64,000 nt of DNA from contig JAULTC010000004.1 in the NCBI GenBank assembly GCA_038801705.1, positions 9,868-73,867 of the forward strand. Direction: 5' to 3'. The notes under the pieces are model-generated. The model saw nothing but the letters and a program-made list of their open reading frames with translations, was not told the DNA's origin and did no database searches. The position numbers and the translations under genes were made by a program. Every line of letters begins with the position of its first letter. The first letter of the stretch is position 1. Below are positions 19,576 to 28,453 of the stretch, piece by piece. Origin of the DNA: Candidatus Methanosuratincola mesotaenarum (lineage in GTDB: Archaea > Thermoproteota > Methanomethylicia > Methanomethylicales > Methanomethylicaceae).

Positions 19576-20901
19576 TTAGCTAAACGAGAAGTGGGCCAGA
19601 TATTTTGTTGTGTCTTGACCGTCGTGCCAATAATACAGTGGACTTCCCGAATTCACAGTCACGCTAAGGTATGGAGGGGCACCATTAGTCTCGCCGGCCG
19701 CACGGTAAAGAGCGATACTAACGCCAACTCCGAATGTCAGTGTTCGAGTGCTAAACCCGAATGAAAAGTCTACAGAACTAAATTTCCATTGGTAGTTGTC
19801 TGCAGTGTCTGTGGTGAACCCTATTATGAAGGGGTTACTCGACCCGTTTGTCCAGGTTCCTGCATAGCCTGGATGGATAGTGCCGCAATTACTGCATGAG
19901 ATGGATGATCCGGTGGCCACGTCATTGAACGTAGTGGGTTTCATGAAGTAATAATACTGCTCAGTGTACGGGTTACCGATATCAGGTCCAAAGTACCATT
20001 CTTCGCAGGAATAAGTCGTTTGGACGAGCACTTCATACCGGTTGTTGCCCGATGATTCTGCATAGTCGCCGATCACTGATCGGGCAGGCAGTTTCCCGCA
20101 ACTCATCCAATTAGTGTCATATTCACAGGGCGGTATGCAGTAAATATTGTAAGTGATTGTCCGCTCATAGCTTTGGAAGTATAAGACGGTTCTGTCCGAA
20201 CCAGTGCCTACGGAATACCAGCGTACCGTCAAACCAGAAACGCTGTGCACTTCACCCGCTTTTAGCCATTCGGTATCATAAGCGACATTGCCCTCATCGG
20301 TGTAGCTACAAATTTTAGCCTTTACGGTAAGGTGGCTAAGTTAAGTATCATAAGCGACATTGCCCTCATCGGTGTAGCTACCCATCGCTTCATGCGGGCC
20401 GGGGTATCCTAAAGAATCGGTTGAATCAACGCTCACTGCTCTTACCAAGTCGATTGGAACATCTATTGCGCCATCGAGATCCAAGGCATCGAATGTCATT
20501 GCAATCCCTCCCTATATCAATCCTTCAGAGTCGGTGACATGGATGTATACCGAGGATGATTGATAGGCGTTTGATGCGGTTTCGTTGCTGTCCAGAGTGC
20601 ACAAATCAGCTGCTACAAGGTTGATTTCAAACTCAACTATCCCGGGCATACTGAGGTTCTTAATCAGGACCCTCGTTGAAGGGGTCGTGGACAAATCATG
20701 CACAAAAACGAAAAGCGCGCCTTCATACTCCTCGCCGTCCAGCAGTGGAATTAGGTTGATGCTTATTGTCGCCTTCTCTGTTGTGTCGATTTCTGGTGCG
20801 GTAGTACCACCTATGCCGATTGCGCCCATTGAACAGACAGTCAAAAAAAGCATTGCAATAACCGCAATAGAAATAGACTTTTTCTTTTGCATATGGGTCA
20901 C
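19576..20901 (-). pseudogene. Secreted/surface protein, interrupted in frame by TAG (20512-14) and by a 72-bp insertion containing TAA
   Basis: Signal peptide KKKSISIAVIAMLFLTVC; ORFs 20512-20901 and 19576-20250 are in the same frame and read continuously through the gap. Confidence 0.7.
20273..20381. repeat. Perfect 37-bp direct repeat x2 separated by a 35-bp unique spacer (CRISPR-like geometry)
   Basis: GTATCATAAGCGACATTGCCCTCATCGGTGTAGCTAC at 20273-20309 and 20345-20381. Confidence 0.9.
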
Positions 20902-21088
20902 CTCAAATAATACCTCAAATAATAAGTGATGTCGTTTATTCCGTCAACTGATATTTTAGGTTACACTAGACTAATTTTATGGTCTACTAAATTAGACTGG
21001 TAATCTTTTCGCCTTTCAAAATGCTCTTTTCACGAAAAAAATGGTCTATAAGTAAGGAATTAAATACTGTGAGATTGAGTAATTAGCC

Positions 21089-21937
21089 ATGCAGAACAAT
21101 GACCGCGGGGAGGAGTTGTCCACGGAGGCACTCTTCGACAGCCTTGGGCACCCGATAAGGGTAAAGATACTAGAAGCGCTGAATGGCACTCCACTCAGCT
21201 TTTCCGAGATAAAGAGGAAAGTGGGGATCGACAGCAGCGGTCACCTGACGTTCCACTTGGACAAGCTCAAGGGGCTCATAAAGATAAATACGGATGGCAA
21301 TTACGAGCTTGCGGACGATGGGAAGGAGGCACTGAGGCTTATCTCAGTATTTAATACTGGAGTGAAGGAGTGCTCCGAGCCCAAAAAAGACTGGAAACAG
21401 AACAGTAACGTAGTCTGGGCGGCCGCCCTGATAGCGATAGTGCTCATATCAGCTGTCTCAATAAATGGCATGTATGGAACATATTTGGCTCTTAGGAATG
21501 ACGAAGGAAAGGAACAGACGTGGAGCATTTTCTGGCGGAATGTCGATGATGCCCGGATCCATATCCTAAATTCTATGGCGGCGGTCTACGCTAACGATCT
21601 CTGCGCGGCAAGATACGAACTGGCAGTTGCGGAGGTCTACCTCGATCTAGTGATTTTCAAGACAGAAGGGCTTAATCAGCTGGGGCAGGATTGTAGAATA
21701 CTATGCGATGAGGGGATCCACTACATCTATTTGCTTAAGCCGACTCTAAGCACGATTAGGGAATCGATGGCCAACGGCAGCGTTACCGATGGGCAACTGG
21801 TATTCCTTGATAATTTGGCATCGGCGCTCAATTCTTTATTGAATAGCATGCAGCACGAAGAAGGCGGACCTTTCACTATAAATGACGTATATGCTATCAT
21901 CAACCAGTTCAAGGCTCTTGCGGAAACGGCTTGTTGA
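21089..21937 (+). CDS. ArsR-type winged-HTH regulator with TM helix and C-terminal (probably extracellular) domain
   Basis: LFDSLGHPIRVKILEAL..LSFSEIK...SGHLTFHLDKL; TM VVWAAALIAIVLISAVSI. Confidence 0.8.
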   Translation: MQNNDRGEELSTEALFDSLGHPIRVKILEALNGTPLSFSEIKRKVGIDSSGHLTFHLDKLKGLIKINTDGNYELADDGKEALRLISVFNTGVKECSEPKKDWKQNSNVVWAAALIAIVLISAVSINGMYGTYLALRNDEGKEQTWSIFWRNVDDARIHILNSMAAVYANDLCAARYELAVAEVYLDLVIFKTEGLNQLGQDCRILCDEGIHYIYLLKPTLSTIRESMANGSVTDGQLVFLDNLASALNSLLNSMQHEEGGPFTINDVYAIINQFKALAETAC

Positions 21938-22192
21938 CCATAAATCGCGCAAATTGAAGAATCCCGGCGGCCGCAATCGTGATCGCAACTTTCATGTGCC
22001 ATTCGTTAGGCTTTCCAGTGATTTCATAAGCTACATTTAAATATTGTGGCGCGCATTCTAATATGTTCTGAACATGGTTCTGGAACACTGATTGATGAAA
22101 TCGATGATGTTATCTGCCAGGACCGCAAGCGCCGAGTAGGGGCGCAATGAAATAAATTTCTATATTATAGAGGCGGGTTCATTTATATGCAT

Positions 22193-22318
22193 ATGGCTGA
22201 AGGGGATCTGAAGCTGGCATTGAAGTGCTTCATAATGGCGCTGGCAATCTTTGGAGCCTCTTTGATATTCATTGTCGCCCTGCTGCTCTTCATAAACTGG
22301 CTCTTCCCTGGGCTATGA
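22193..22318 (+). CDS. Small membrane protein
   Basis: MAEGDLKLALKCFIMALAIFGASLIFIVALLLFINWLFPGL, below the ORF-track cutoff. Confidence 0.4.
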   Translation: MAEGDLKLALKCFIMALAIFGASLIFIVALLLFINWLFPGL

Positions 22319-22326
22319 TTGGGAGT

Positions 22327-23013
22327 TCATATGATCCCTAATGCTCTCTCCATCTCATGCGAGACTATTGACCCAACGATCCATGCATCAAGGGGTCTTT
22401 TATACACTGAGATCTGTTCGTCCGCAAGAGAGAGGTCTGTGAACTCCCCCCTCTGAAACCCTCCTAACACCAAGATCGGGTTTTCCAGCTTCACAAGTTC
22501 AGAGAAGTACCTGTCGATCTTGACTTTTCTGCCGTTCTCTGTCAGGAATACTACTTTGCTGTGCTCAACTCCCTTCACCACATCTTGGATCCTGCCCTTC
22601 TTCAGCAGCATGAGCGGCTTCCCCTTGGGCGGGACCCTGCCGACCGAAAAGAGCTGTTCCACAAGCCCGACGAACCTGGTGTAGTTCCTGGGCATGTTTA
22701 TCTCCGGCGAAACCCAGATCACAAGATCGTTTAAAGTGTGGACATAGACTTGGAGGCATCCCTCCTTGTTCAGGGGCCTCTCCAGCAGATCTAGGAGGGT
22801 CAGGAAGGTTATGTCCGGCCTGCCCCTCCTCTCCCAATCTCTGAGCTCCTTCATTGCAGCGTAGTGGAACGAGATATCCAGCAGCGTCTCCTCCGCCTTC
22901 TTGCCTTTCCTCTCAGCGAGCCTGGTGACCGACGGGTGGCTTGCTATCTCTCTCGGGACGGTCTCGAGCGCCGCCTCCCCAATGATCACTGTTATCACCG
23001 CAAGCCCCTCCAT
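22327..23013 (-). CDS. nep1: 16S rRNA pseudouridine N1-methyltransferase Nep1/Emg1
   Basis: EAALETVP, LLDISFH, RGRPDI, PRNYTRFVGL. Confidence 0.93.
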   Translation of the reverse strand: MEGLAVITVIIGEAALETVPREIASHPSVTRLAERKGKKAEETLLDISFHYAAMKELRDWERRGRPDITFLTLLDLLERPLNKEGCLQVYVHTLNDLVIWVSPEINMPRNYTRFVGLVEQLFSVGRVPPKGKPLMLLKKGRIQDVVKGVEHSKVVFLTENGRKVKIDRYFSELVKLENPILVLGGFQRGEFTDLSLADEQISVYKRPLDAWIVGSIVSHEMERALGII

Positions 23014-23094
23014 GGTCAGGCTAAACTGAGTCTTGTCACCATACTAATAAAGATGTGCTGGAATCTTTCTTTTATCCGCTTTGGGGTTCGAATT

Positions 23095-23490
23095 ATGCGG
23101 GCGAATCGAGCTTATGTGGGAGACCTGGCGAGGCAGAGGATAGGCCGCCTCTTCACATTTGCAGCCCAGGTCGTCAAATCCGATCCACATCTGGCCAACA
23201 GGTATGTCGAGATCGCCCTCAAGATCTCGATGAGGACACGGGTCCGGATACCCAAAGAACTGAAGCGCAGCATCTGCAGGAAATGCAACGCGTTCCTCTA
23301 TCCTGGCATAACCTCCAGGGTGAGGATCAGGGCGCGAAGGTCACCCCATGTGTCGGTAACCTGCCTGAACTGTGGGGCAGTGCGGCGCTACCTCCTGAAG
23401 CAGAAGCATGATCCCTACTGCTCGCCTTCATCGAAAAAGTTTATATCCTCCGCCTCCGACTCGATCAGGTCTGAAGTGCGAAGGCCTTGA
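23095..23490 (+). CDS. rnp4: RNase P protein subunit Rpp21
   Basis: ARQRIGRLF, LANRYV, ICRKC..L.PG, TCLNCG..RRY. Confidence 0.92.
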   Translation: MRANRAYVGDLARQRIGRLFTFAAQVVKSDPHLANRYVEIALKISMRTRVRIPKELKRSICRKCNAFLYPGITSRVRIRARRSPHVSVTCLNCGAVRRYLLKQKHDPYCSPSSKKFISSASDSIRSEVRRP

Positions 23491-23575
23491 AAAATAGCGT
23501 TAGCTTCATGCTAATTCTATCGTCTTCGTAGCTCCGGAACAAGAAATGAGTTGATGTGTTACGAAATTCGAAGAG

Positions 23576-24808
23576 ATGGGAATTCAAGATGAGATATTGA
23601 TGTCTATTGGCGAGATGGGCTTGACAGTGCCAACCCGGATCCAGTCCGAGGCGATCCCTATTATAAAGGGTGGGTATGATGTGATTGGGCAGTCCGAGAC
23701 CGGCTCCGGAAAGACGGCTGCCTTTGGAATACCGCTTGTGGAAAAAGTAGCGAAAGGAAAGCCAGGTCAGGCGCTTGTCCTGCTGCCCACTAGAGAGCTT
23801 GCCCTCCAGATCAGCGAGACGCTGGCAAAGTATTCGGCTGCGAAAGGTCTGCGTGTGGTTTGTGTATATGGTGGGGCTCCGATGGGCCCCCAGATCTCCG
23901 GCCTAAGGCGTTCTGAGATCATTGTTGGAACTCCGGGCAGGGTGCTTGACCTGATGGGTCAGGGGCACCTCAGGACGGAAAACGTCCGCATCCTTGTCCT
24001 AGACGAGGCAGACAGGATGGTAGACATGGGCTTCATAGACGATGTAGGGGAGATCGCTGGGCACCTGCCTAGAGAGAGGCAGACCCTCTTATTCGCTGCC
24101 ACCATGCCCGAAGGGCTCGAAGGAGTGATTGCGAAGTTCACAAGGGATCCGAAAAAAGTCAGGACAGAGATAAAGGTAAATGAGGAACTGCTCGAACAAT
24201 ACTATTGCAATGTTGAGAGGCGATTGCGCTTTTCCTTGCTGGTCCACCTGTTCAGGGAGGAGATGCCCAAGACGGCGATAGTGTTTTGCAACTCGAGGAG
24301 GGAGGTTGAGTCCCTGACCAAGAACCTGAACAAGGTCGGGATAGCAGCTGTCGCAATACACGGCGGGCTATCCCAGTCGAGGAGGGAGAGTGTGATCGAC
24401 TCCTTCCACAGGGGCAGGATAAATGTGCTGGTTGCTACCGACGTGGCTGCCAGGGGGCTCGACTTCAAGAGTGTGTCCCATGTATTCAACTACAGTATCC
24501 CCAAGAACTCGGAGGACTATGTGAACCGGATAGGCAGGACTGCGAGGGCGGGTAAGAGTGGCAAGGCGATATCTCTGCTGACAGTCGAGGATCATGGGTT
24601 CTTCAGGCGCATAGTGAACCTGTATGGATTCAGCGTCCAGGAGATCGAATATGGCGAACTCGAACACCTGCCATTCATGAGCTTGGCCGGGGGCAATAGA
24701 GAACGACACGAGAGACTTCACTCAAGGGATCCTGGAAGAGGGAGCAGGGAATTCAGCCCGAGATCTCATGGTTTCAGCAACGGGTACCAGGGTTTCATGC
24801 ACAGATAG
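23576..24808 (+). CDS. DEAD-box RNA helicase
   Basis: Q motif, TGSGKT, PTRELA, TPGR, DEAD, TDVAARGLD, RIGRTAR. Confidence 0.93.
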   Translation: MGIQDEILMSIGEMGLTVPTRIQSEAIPIIKGGYDVIGQSETGSGKTAAFGIPLVEKVAKGKPGQALVLLPTRELALQISETLAKYSAAKGLRVVCVYGGAPMGPQISGLRRSEIIVGTPGRVLDLMGQGHLRTENVRILVLDEADRMVDMGFIDDVGEIAGHLPRERQTLLFAATMPEGLEGVIAKFTRDPKKVRTEIKVNEELLEQYYCNVERRLRFSLLVHLFREEMPKTAIVFCNSRREVESLTKNLNKVGIAAVAIHGGLSQSRRESVIDSFHRGRINVLVATDVAARGLDFKSVSHVFNYSIPKNSEDYVNRIGRTARAGKSGKAISLLTVEDHGFFRRIVNLYGFSVQEIEYGELEHLPFMSLAGGNRERHERLHSRDPGRGSREFSPRSHGFSNGYQGFMHR

Positions 24809-24817
24809 ATTTCTACC

Positions 24818-24832
24818 ACTTTTTTCCTTTTT
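24818..24832 (+). terminator. T-rich terminator between convergent genes
   Basis: CTTTTTTCCTTTTT downstream of the helicase stop. Confidence 0.45.
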
Positions 24833-24842
24833 ATTCTAAAAA

Positions 24843-25622
24843 CTAGACTTCTCCGACCAGCCTCTCGAGGAACTCTAAAACCTCTTTGTGTCCTCTCAAG
24901 TAATACTCTGCTTCCGTCGACTCAGGCGGATCCCCGACTATCACCCCTATGCCCTTTCCCCTGATGGATCTGAATGCGTCTTCGTCTGTAATGTCGTCCC
25001 CTATGAAAATTATCAGGTGCGTCTTCTCCGAGATCCCATCATGGTCCATGATTTCAGATAGCGCGGTTCCCTTATTCGCCCCGATCCCCGCTAGCAGCTC
25101 GACGACCATCTTTCCTTCGGATCTCCTCAGGAGTGGGTGCTTCGAGGCGATCTTCTCAAACGCCTCGCGAAGATCGCCGACTCTTGTTTTATTGACCAAC
25201 CTGTAGTGCAACGCCACCCCGAAGCGTTTTCTCTCGACCTTCGCTCCCTCGTACCTCTTAGCTAGTGCGCGCATTTCCTCCTCCGCAGCCTCGACCTCAT
25301 GAAGGGGGTCACCCAGTCCGATCCCTGATGCCTTCCTCATCCCGTCTGTGAAGAGTATCTCGAGCCCGTGGCTGCCTGCATACGATATCCCATCGATCCC
25401 GACCCTGCATAACAGGTCGTCTAGGTCCCTGCCGCTTATTATCCCGACTGGAAACTTGCATTTCGCCCTCTCCAAGACCCCTTTCATCTCCTCCGAGATG
25501 AATGCATCAGCTGGGTCCTCCACTATTGGTGTCAGCGTGCCATCGTAATCCAAAAACACAGCCGGCGCCTTTGAATTAAGGCGTTCCTTCAGATCGCTGA
25601 AGCATTCGATTGCTGATCTCAT
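24843..25622 (-). CDS. otsB: Trehalose-6-phosphate phosphatase
   Basis: FLDYDGTL.PI, ISGR, AGSHG, HYR, NKG.A, GDDITDEDAF. Confidence 0.93.
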   Translation of the reverse strand: MRSAIECFSDLKERLNSKAPAVFLDYDGTLTPIVEDPADAFISEEMKGVLERAKCKFPVGIISGRDLDDLLCRVGIDGISYAGSHGLEILFTDGMRKASGIGLGDPLHEVEAAEEEMRALAKRYEGAKVERKRFGVALHYRLVNKTRVGDLREAFEKIASKHPLLRRSEGKMVVELLAGIGANKGTALSEIMDHDGISEKTHLIIFIGDDITDEDAFRSIRGKGIGVIVGDPPESTEAEYYLRGHKEVLEFLERLVGEV

Positions 25623-25711
25623 CGAAACCTACCATCCACTTGATACTGGTTGTCTTCGTAGGGTTGCAACTCCATATAACATAGCAAATTGTGTATAAAA
25701 AACGAGATCTT

Positions 25712-25965
25712 TCAGATTTTGAATTCCATATTGAGAATTCCGACCGCAGTCTTTTTGTCCGGGTCCTCCCGCCGAGCACTACTTTCTAATTTACTACCAC
25801 TGTCGGGATCGAGAGTATGTCGTATTTCTCTGCTTCTGGAGAAAGTGCAGATAGTGCGATATTTCCGCGTCCAGCTTCAGCTCTGCAGCTGCTTTTCTCA
25901 TCGCCTTCTCGGTTGCCCTACACCTTGCGCAAGGTGGCTCACCGCCGAATAGCAGTATCTTCCAT
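25712..25965 (-). pseudogene. Decayed small thioredoxin-like (CxxC) protein
   Basis: Reconstructs across frameshifts and a stop as KILLFGGEPPCARCRATEKAMRKAAAEL...EAEKYDILSIPTVVVN*KVVLGGR. Confidence 0.65.
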
Positions 25966-26029
25966 ATTGATCACAATTCAAAAAGGCAAATATGTAGATA
26001 TAAATTTAATCCTAATTTAACATGTCGGC

Positions 26030-26058
26030 GGGAAGCCCCCATCGTTCAGGGTGGGGAT
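26030..26058 (+). mobile_element. IS200/IS605-family right-end-like hairpin remnant
   Basis: GGGAAGCCCCCATCGTTCAGGGTGGGGA, similar to the GAAGCCCC..TTCAG..GGGG end motif. Confidence 0.45.
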
Positions 26059-26209
26059 AATGGAAAGCCTCGCACAGATCATGTAATAGACCCATCCAAG
26101 AATCCCAAGACGAAAGGGTAGGAATCCATTGTTTAACCAATAAACTAGAGTGGAGGCTGATGCAGTTTCACCTAAAGAAGAAGCAGCGTCTGGGTAGAGA
26201 TGGCATTCT

Positions 26210-26466
26210 CCAGATCTTCTTGGCCAATTTTTGGGGGTCGTCATGTACTTCTCTAGCATGACCGAGTCCCCATTCGTAAACGAGATGATGAAACTTGGAA
26301 TGGGGAAAGCACCGGCTTTGCCCCTCCTGCTTACAGGTCCGGGCATGAGTCTGCCCAGTATCCTCACAATCAGGGTCTTCAGTTTAGGAAGGCAATAGCT
26401 TATGTAATGACAACCGTCCTCGCCTCTATGGCATTCGCTTTCTTTTTCGGCAATCTGCTCCTCTGA
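26210..26466 (+). pseudogene. 3' fragment of an ArsP/DUF318-type permease
   Basis: MYFSSMTESPFVNEMMKLGMGKAPALPLLLTGPGMSLPSIL followed by frameshifts. Confidence 0.65.
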
Positions 26467-26973
26467 TTTTTCCTTCGAACTTCAATGAATGGTCTCGAAC
26501 GCCCAAAATTAAAGTAAGAAGGCTGAATAACGTTCACGGGATCACGGGTTGGGTTAATGGCAGCCCTGGACGCACTTAACAATGTTACAGGCACGAGACT
26601 GGCAGTGCTGAGGAGCCCCTCGTCTTCTTTGATTGTCGCATATCGAAGTAAAGCAAGCATAGCTCGTCCGGGCGTCGTGCCCGCGTGGTACTGAAGCGAC
26701 GCCAACCGCGCCAGCAACCTGTTCGAGGTGGACCTGATCTGTCTTTCTTTTCGGATGTGCATGCCTTACTACAGGATCATGCACATGCGCGTCTTCTTTG
26801 GCATTCTGAGATCTCGTCGACGCTGGATGGATACTACCATGCAAAGGGGGCTTGCGAATGGGATCACATTGCTCAAGAAGAACTGGACAAAGAAAGATCA
26901 AACGCATTTCCCCTTGACTGGGCATACGTGATCCGCCTGCCCCTTCAGTATGTCTATCTGTGGCAGGCTGGTG

Positions 26974-26989
26974 TAAAAGAATTTATATA
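26974..26989 (+). promoter_or_regulatory. BRE + TATA box for the rps19e operon
   Basis: TAAAAGAATTTATATA about 45 bp upstream of the start. Confidence 0.55.
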
Positions 26990-27035
26990 GCGATTCAAAT
27001 TAACTTCAGAGGAATCAAAAAGGAGAGGAATTCGA

Positions 27036-27509
27036 TTGCCATTGGCCCAAGAAGTTCCAGCTGATCGGCTCATAACTGCGGTGGCTGATTACCTCAAGAC
27101 TAATGTAAATGAGGTATCCCCGCCATCATGGGCGACTTTCGTCAAGACCGGTCCCCATGTTGAGCGCGTGCCTTCGCAGAATGATTTCTGGTACATACGG
27201 TGTGCTTCCCTCCTCAGGAGGCTTTATATCGAAGGCCCAGTTGGGGTGGAGCGGCTCAGGAGTGTTTACGGTGGCAGGGCGAAGAATGGGATGTCCAACG
27301 AACACTTTGTCAAGTCCGGCGGGTCCTCCCTGAGAAAAGCATTACAGCAGCTTGAAAAGGCCGGGCTCGTCAAGAAGCTTCCGGACGGGGGTCGCACCAT
27401 AACCGACAGCGGAAGATCAGTACTCGACCGCATTGCATATAAGATGTTAAAAGAGATCCAAAAAGACATGCCTGAAATGGGCAAATACCTGCCTTTAAAA
27501 CCTCAGTGA
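27036..27509 (+). CDS. rps19e: 30S ribosomal protein S19e
   Basis: PSWATFVKTG, FWYIRCASLLRRLY, RKALQQLE. Confidence 0.97.
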   Translation: MPLAQEVPADRLITAVADYLKTNVNEVSPPSWATFVKTGPHVERVPSQNDFWYIRCASLLRRLYIEGPVGVERLRSVYGGRAKNGMSNEHFVKSGGSSLRKALQQLEKAGLVKKLPDGGRTITDSGRSVLDRIAYKMLKEIQKDMPEMGKYLPLKPQ

Positions 27510-27519
27510 GGTGTTCGGT

Positions 27520-27855
27520 TTGTCTGGCTCTCCCGACGAAATAGACCTGATAAAGCAAAGGAAGCTTGCAGAGATGAGGCGACGCGCAGTCGAGGAGGAG
27601 CAGGCAGAGAGGATGCGACAGGAGGCCGAAACTCAGAAGGCAAACATCCTCAGGATAATCCTGACCCCCGAGGCAAGGAGCCGCCTGCAAAACCTGAAAA
27701 TGGTCAAGCCTGAATTCGCAGAGCAATTCGAGATCCAGCTCATACAGCTGGCTCAGGAGGGTCGGCTGCCTGTTCCGCTTTCAGATGACCATCTCAAGCA
27801 GATCCTCTCTCAGGTTCAGTCAAAAAAGAGAGATATTAGGATAACCAGAATTTGA
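27520..27855 (+). CDS. PDCD5-like DNA-binding protein
   Basis: ILRIILTPEARSRL, EIQLIQLAQ.G. Confidence 0.93.
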   Translation: MSGSPDEIDLIKQRKLAEMRRRAVEEEQAERMRQEAETQKANILRIILTPEARSRLQNLKMVKPEFAEQFEIQLIQLAQEGRLPVPLSDDHLKQILSQVQSKKRDIRITRI

Positions 27856-27868
27856 GGGATTGTTATTT

Positions 27869-28024
27869 ATGGGAAGCAGAAAACAGACCAGTACTAAGAA
27901 ACGCCTTAACAGGGCAGGCAAGCAGAACAGCCCAGTCCCACTCTGGGTGGTTGCCAAGACCAAAGGGAAATTCAGAAGGCACCCAAAGATGAGGGACTGG
28001 AGAAGCCAGAAGTTGGACATCTAG
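27869..28024 (+). CDS. rpl39e: 50S ribosomal protein L39e
   Basis: 51 aa, KQNSPVPLWVVAKT...RDWR; not in the ORF track. Confidence 0.95.
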   Translation: MGSRKQTSTKKRLNRAGKQNSPVPLWVVAKTKGKFRRHPKMRDWRSQKLDI

Positions 28025-28043
28025 ACTGATTGGGTGATCACTT

Positions 28044-28448
28044 ATGAGCGATGCTGAAAAAGGACAAAGGGAGCTCGAAGTACCTCCTCAAACATCCCCT
28101 GCAATCAACGAGAACGAAGCACTGAAGGTGCCAGAGGAGCCGAAAAGATCAAAGGCGAAGGCCCCTGAGGTCGAAGAGGAGGAGAATGTTGTCGAGGAGA
28201 AATTGATCTGCATCAATCTAAGACATGCATACCTCACCTACGGCAGGAAGGCTACGCCTAAGGCCATTCGGCTTGTCAAGAAAGCCGCTTCAAAGGCGTT
28301 CAAGGCTGAGGAGGGTGAAGTTAAGCTCTCATCCTCAGTGAATGAGGCACTTTGGCGCAGGGGAAAGGTCTGTACTGAAAGGAGAATCGCTTTGCGGGTG
28401 CAGAGGCTCGAGAGCGGGGTTGTCAGGGTGCTCAAAGCGGAGGCTTAG
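28044..28448 (+). CDS. rpl31e: 50S ribosomal protein L31e with acidic N-terminal extension
   Basis: INLR, KAIRLVK, VKL...VNEALWRRG; operon position. Confidence 0.9.
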   Translation: MSDAEKGQRELEVPPQTSPAINENEALKVPEEPKRSKAKAPEVEEEENVVEEKLICINLRHAYLTYGRKATPKAIRLVKKAASKAFKAEEGEVKLSSSVNEALWRRGKVCTERRIALRVQRLESGVVRVLKAEA

Positions 28449-28453
28449 CTCCT

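Larger units (their letters stand above)
19233..21975. mobile_element. Small degenerate island integrated at tRNA-Gly
   Basis: 15-bp direct repeat ATCCCGGCGGCCGCA at 19233-19247 (tRNA 3' end) and 21961-21975; more AT-rich than the flanks. Confidence 0.75.

Noticed and set aside
19099-19764. 221-aa ORF spanning tRNA-Gly
   Set aside because: It overlaps the tRNA and the opposite-strand gene; only the 19251-19350 part has support, as an integrase remnant.
20273-20381. Calling this a bona fide CRISPR array
   Set aside because: Only two repeats, no leader or cas genes, and the repeat is in-frame coding sequence; reported as a repeat and an integration-scar hypothesis instead.
26470-26990. Several short overlapping ORFs upstream of rps19e
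   Set aside because: No recognisable motifs in any frame; probably decayed DNA and cannot be assigned.
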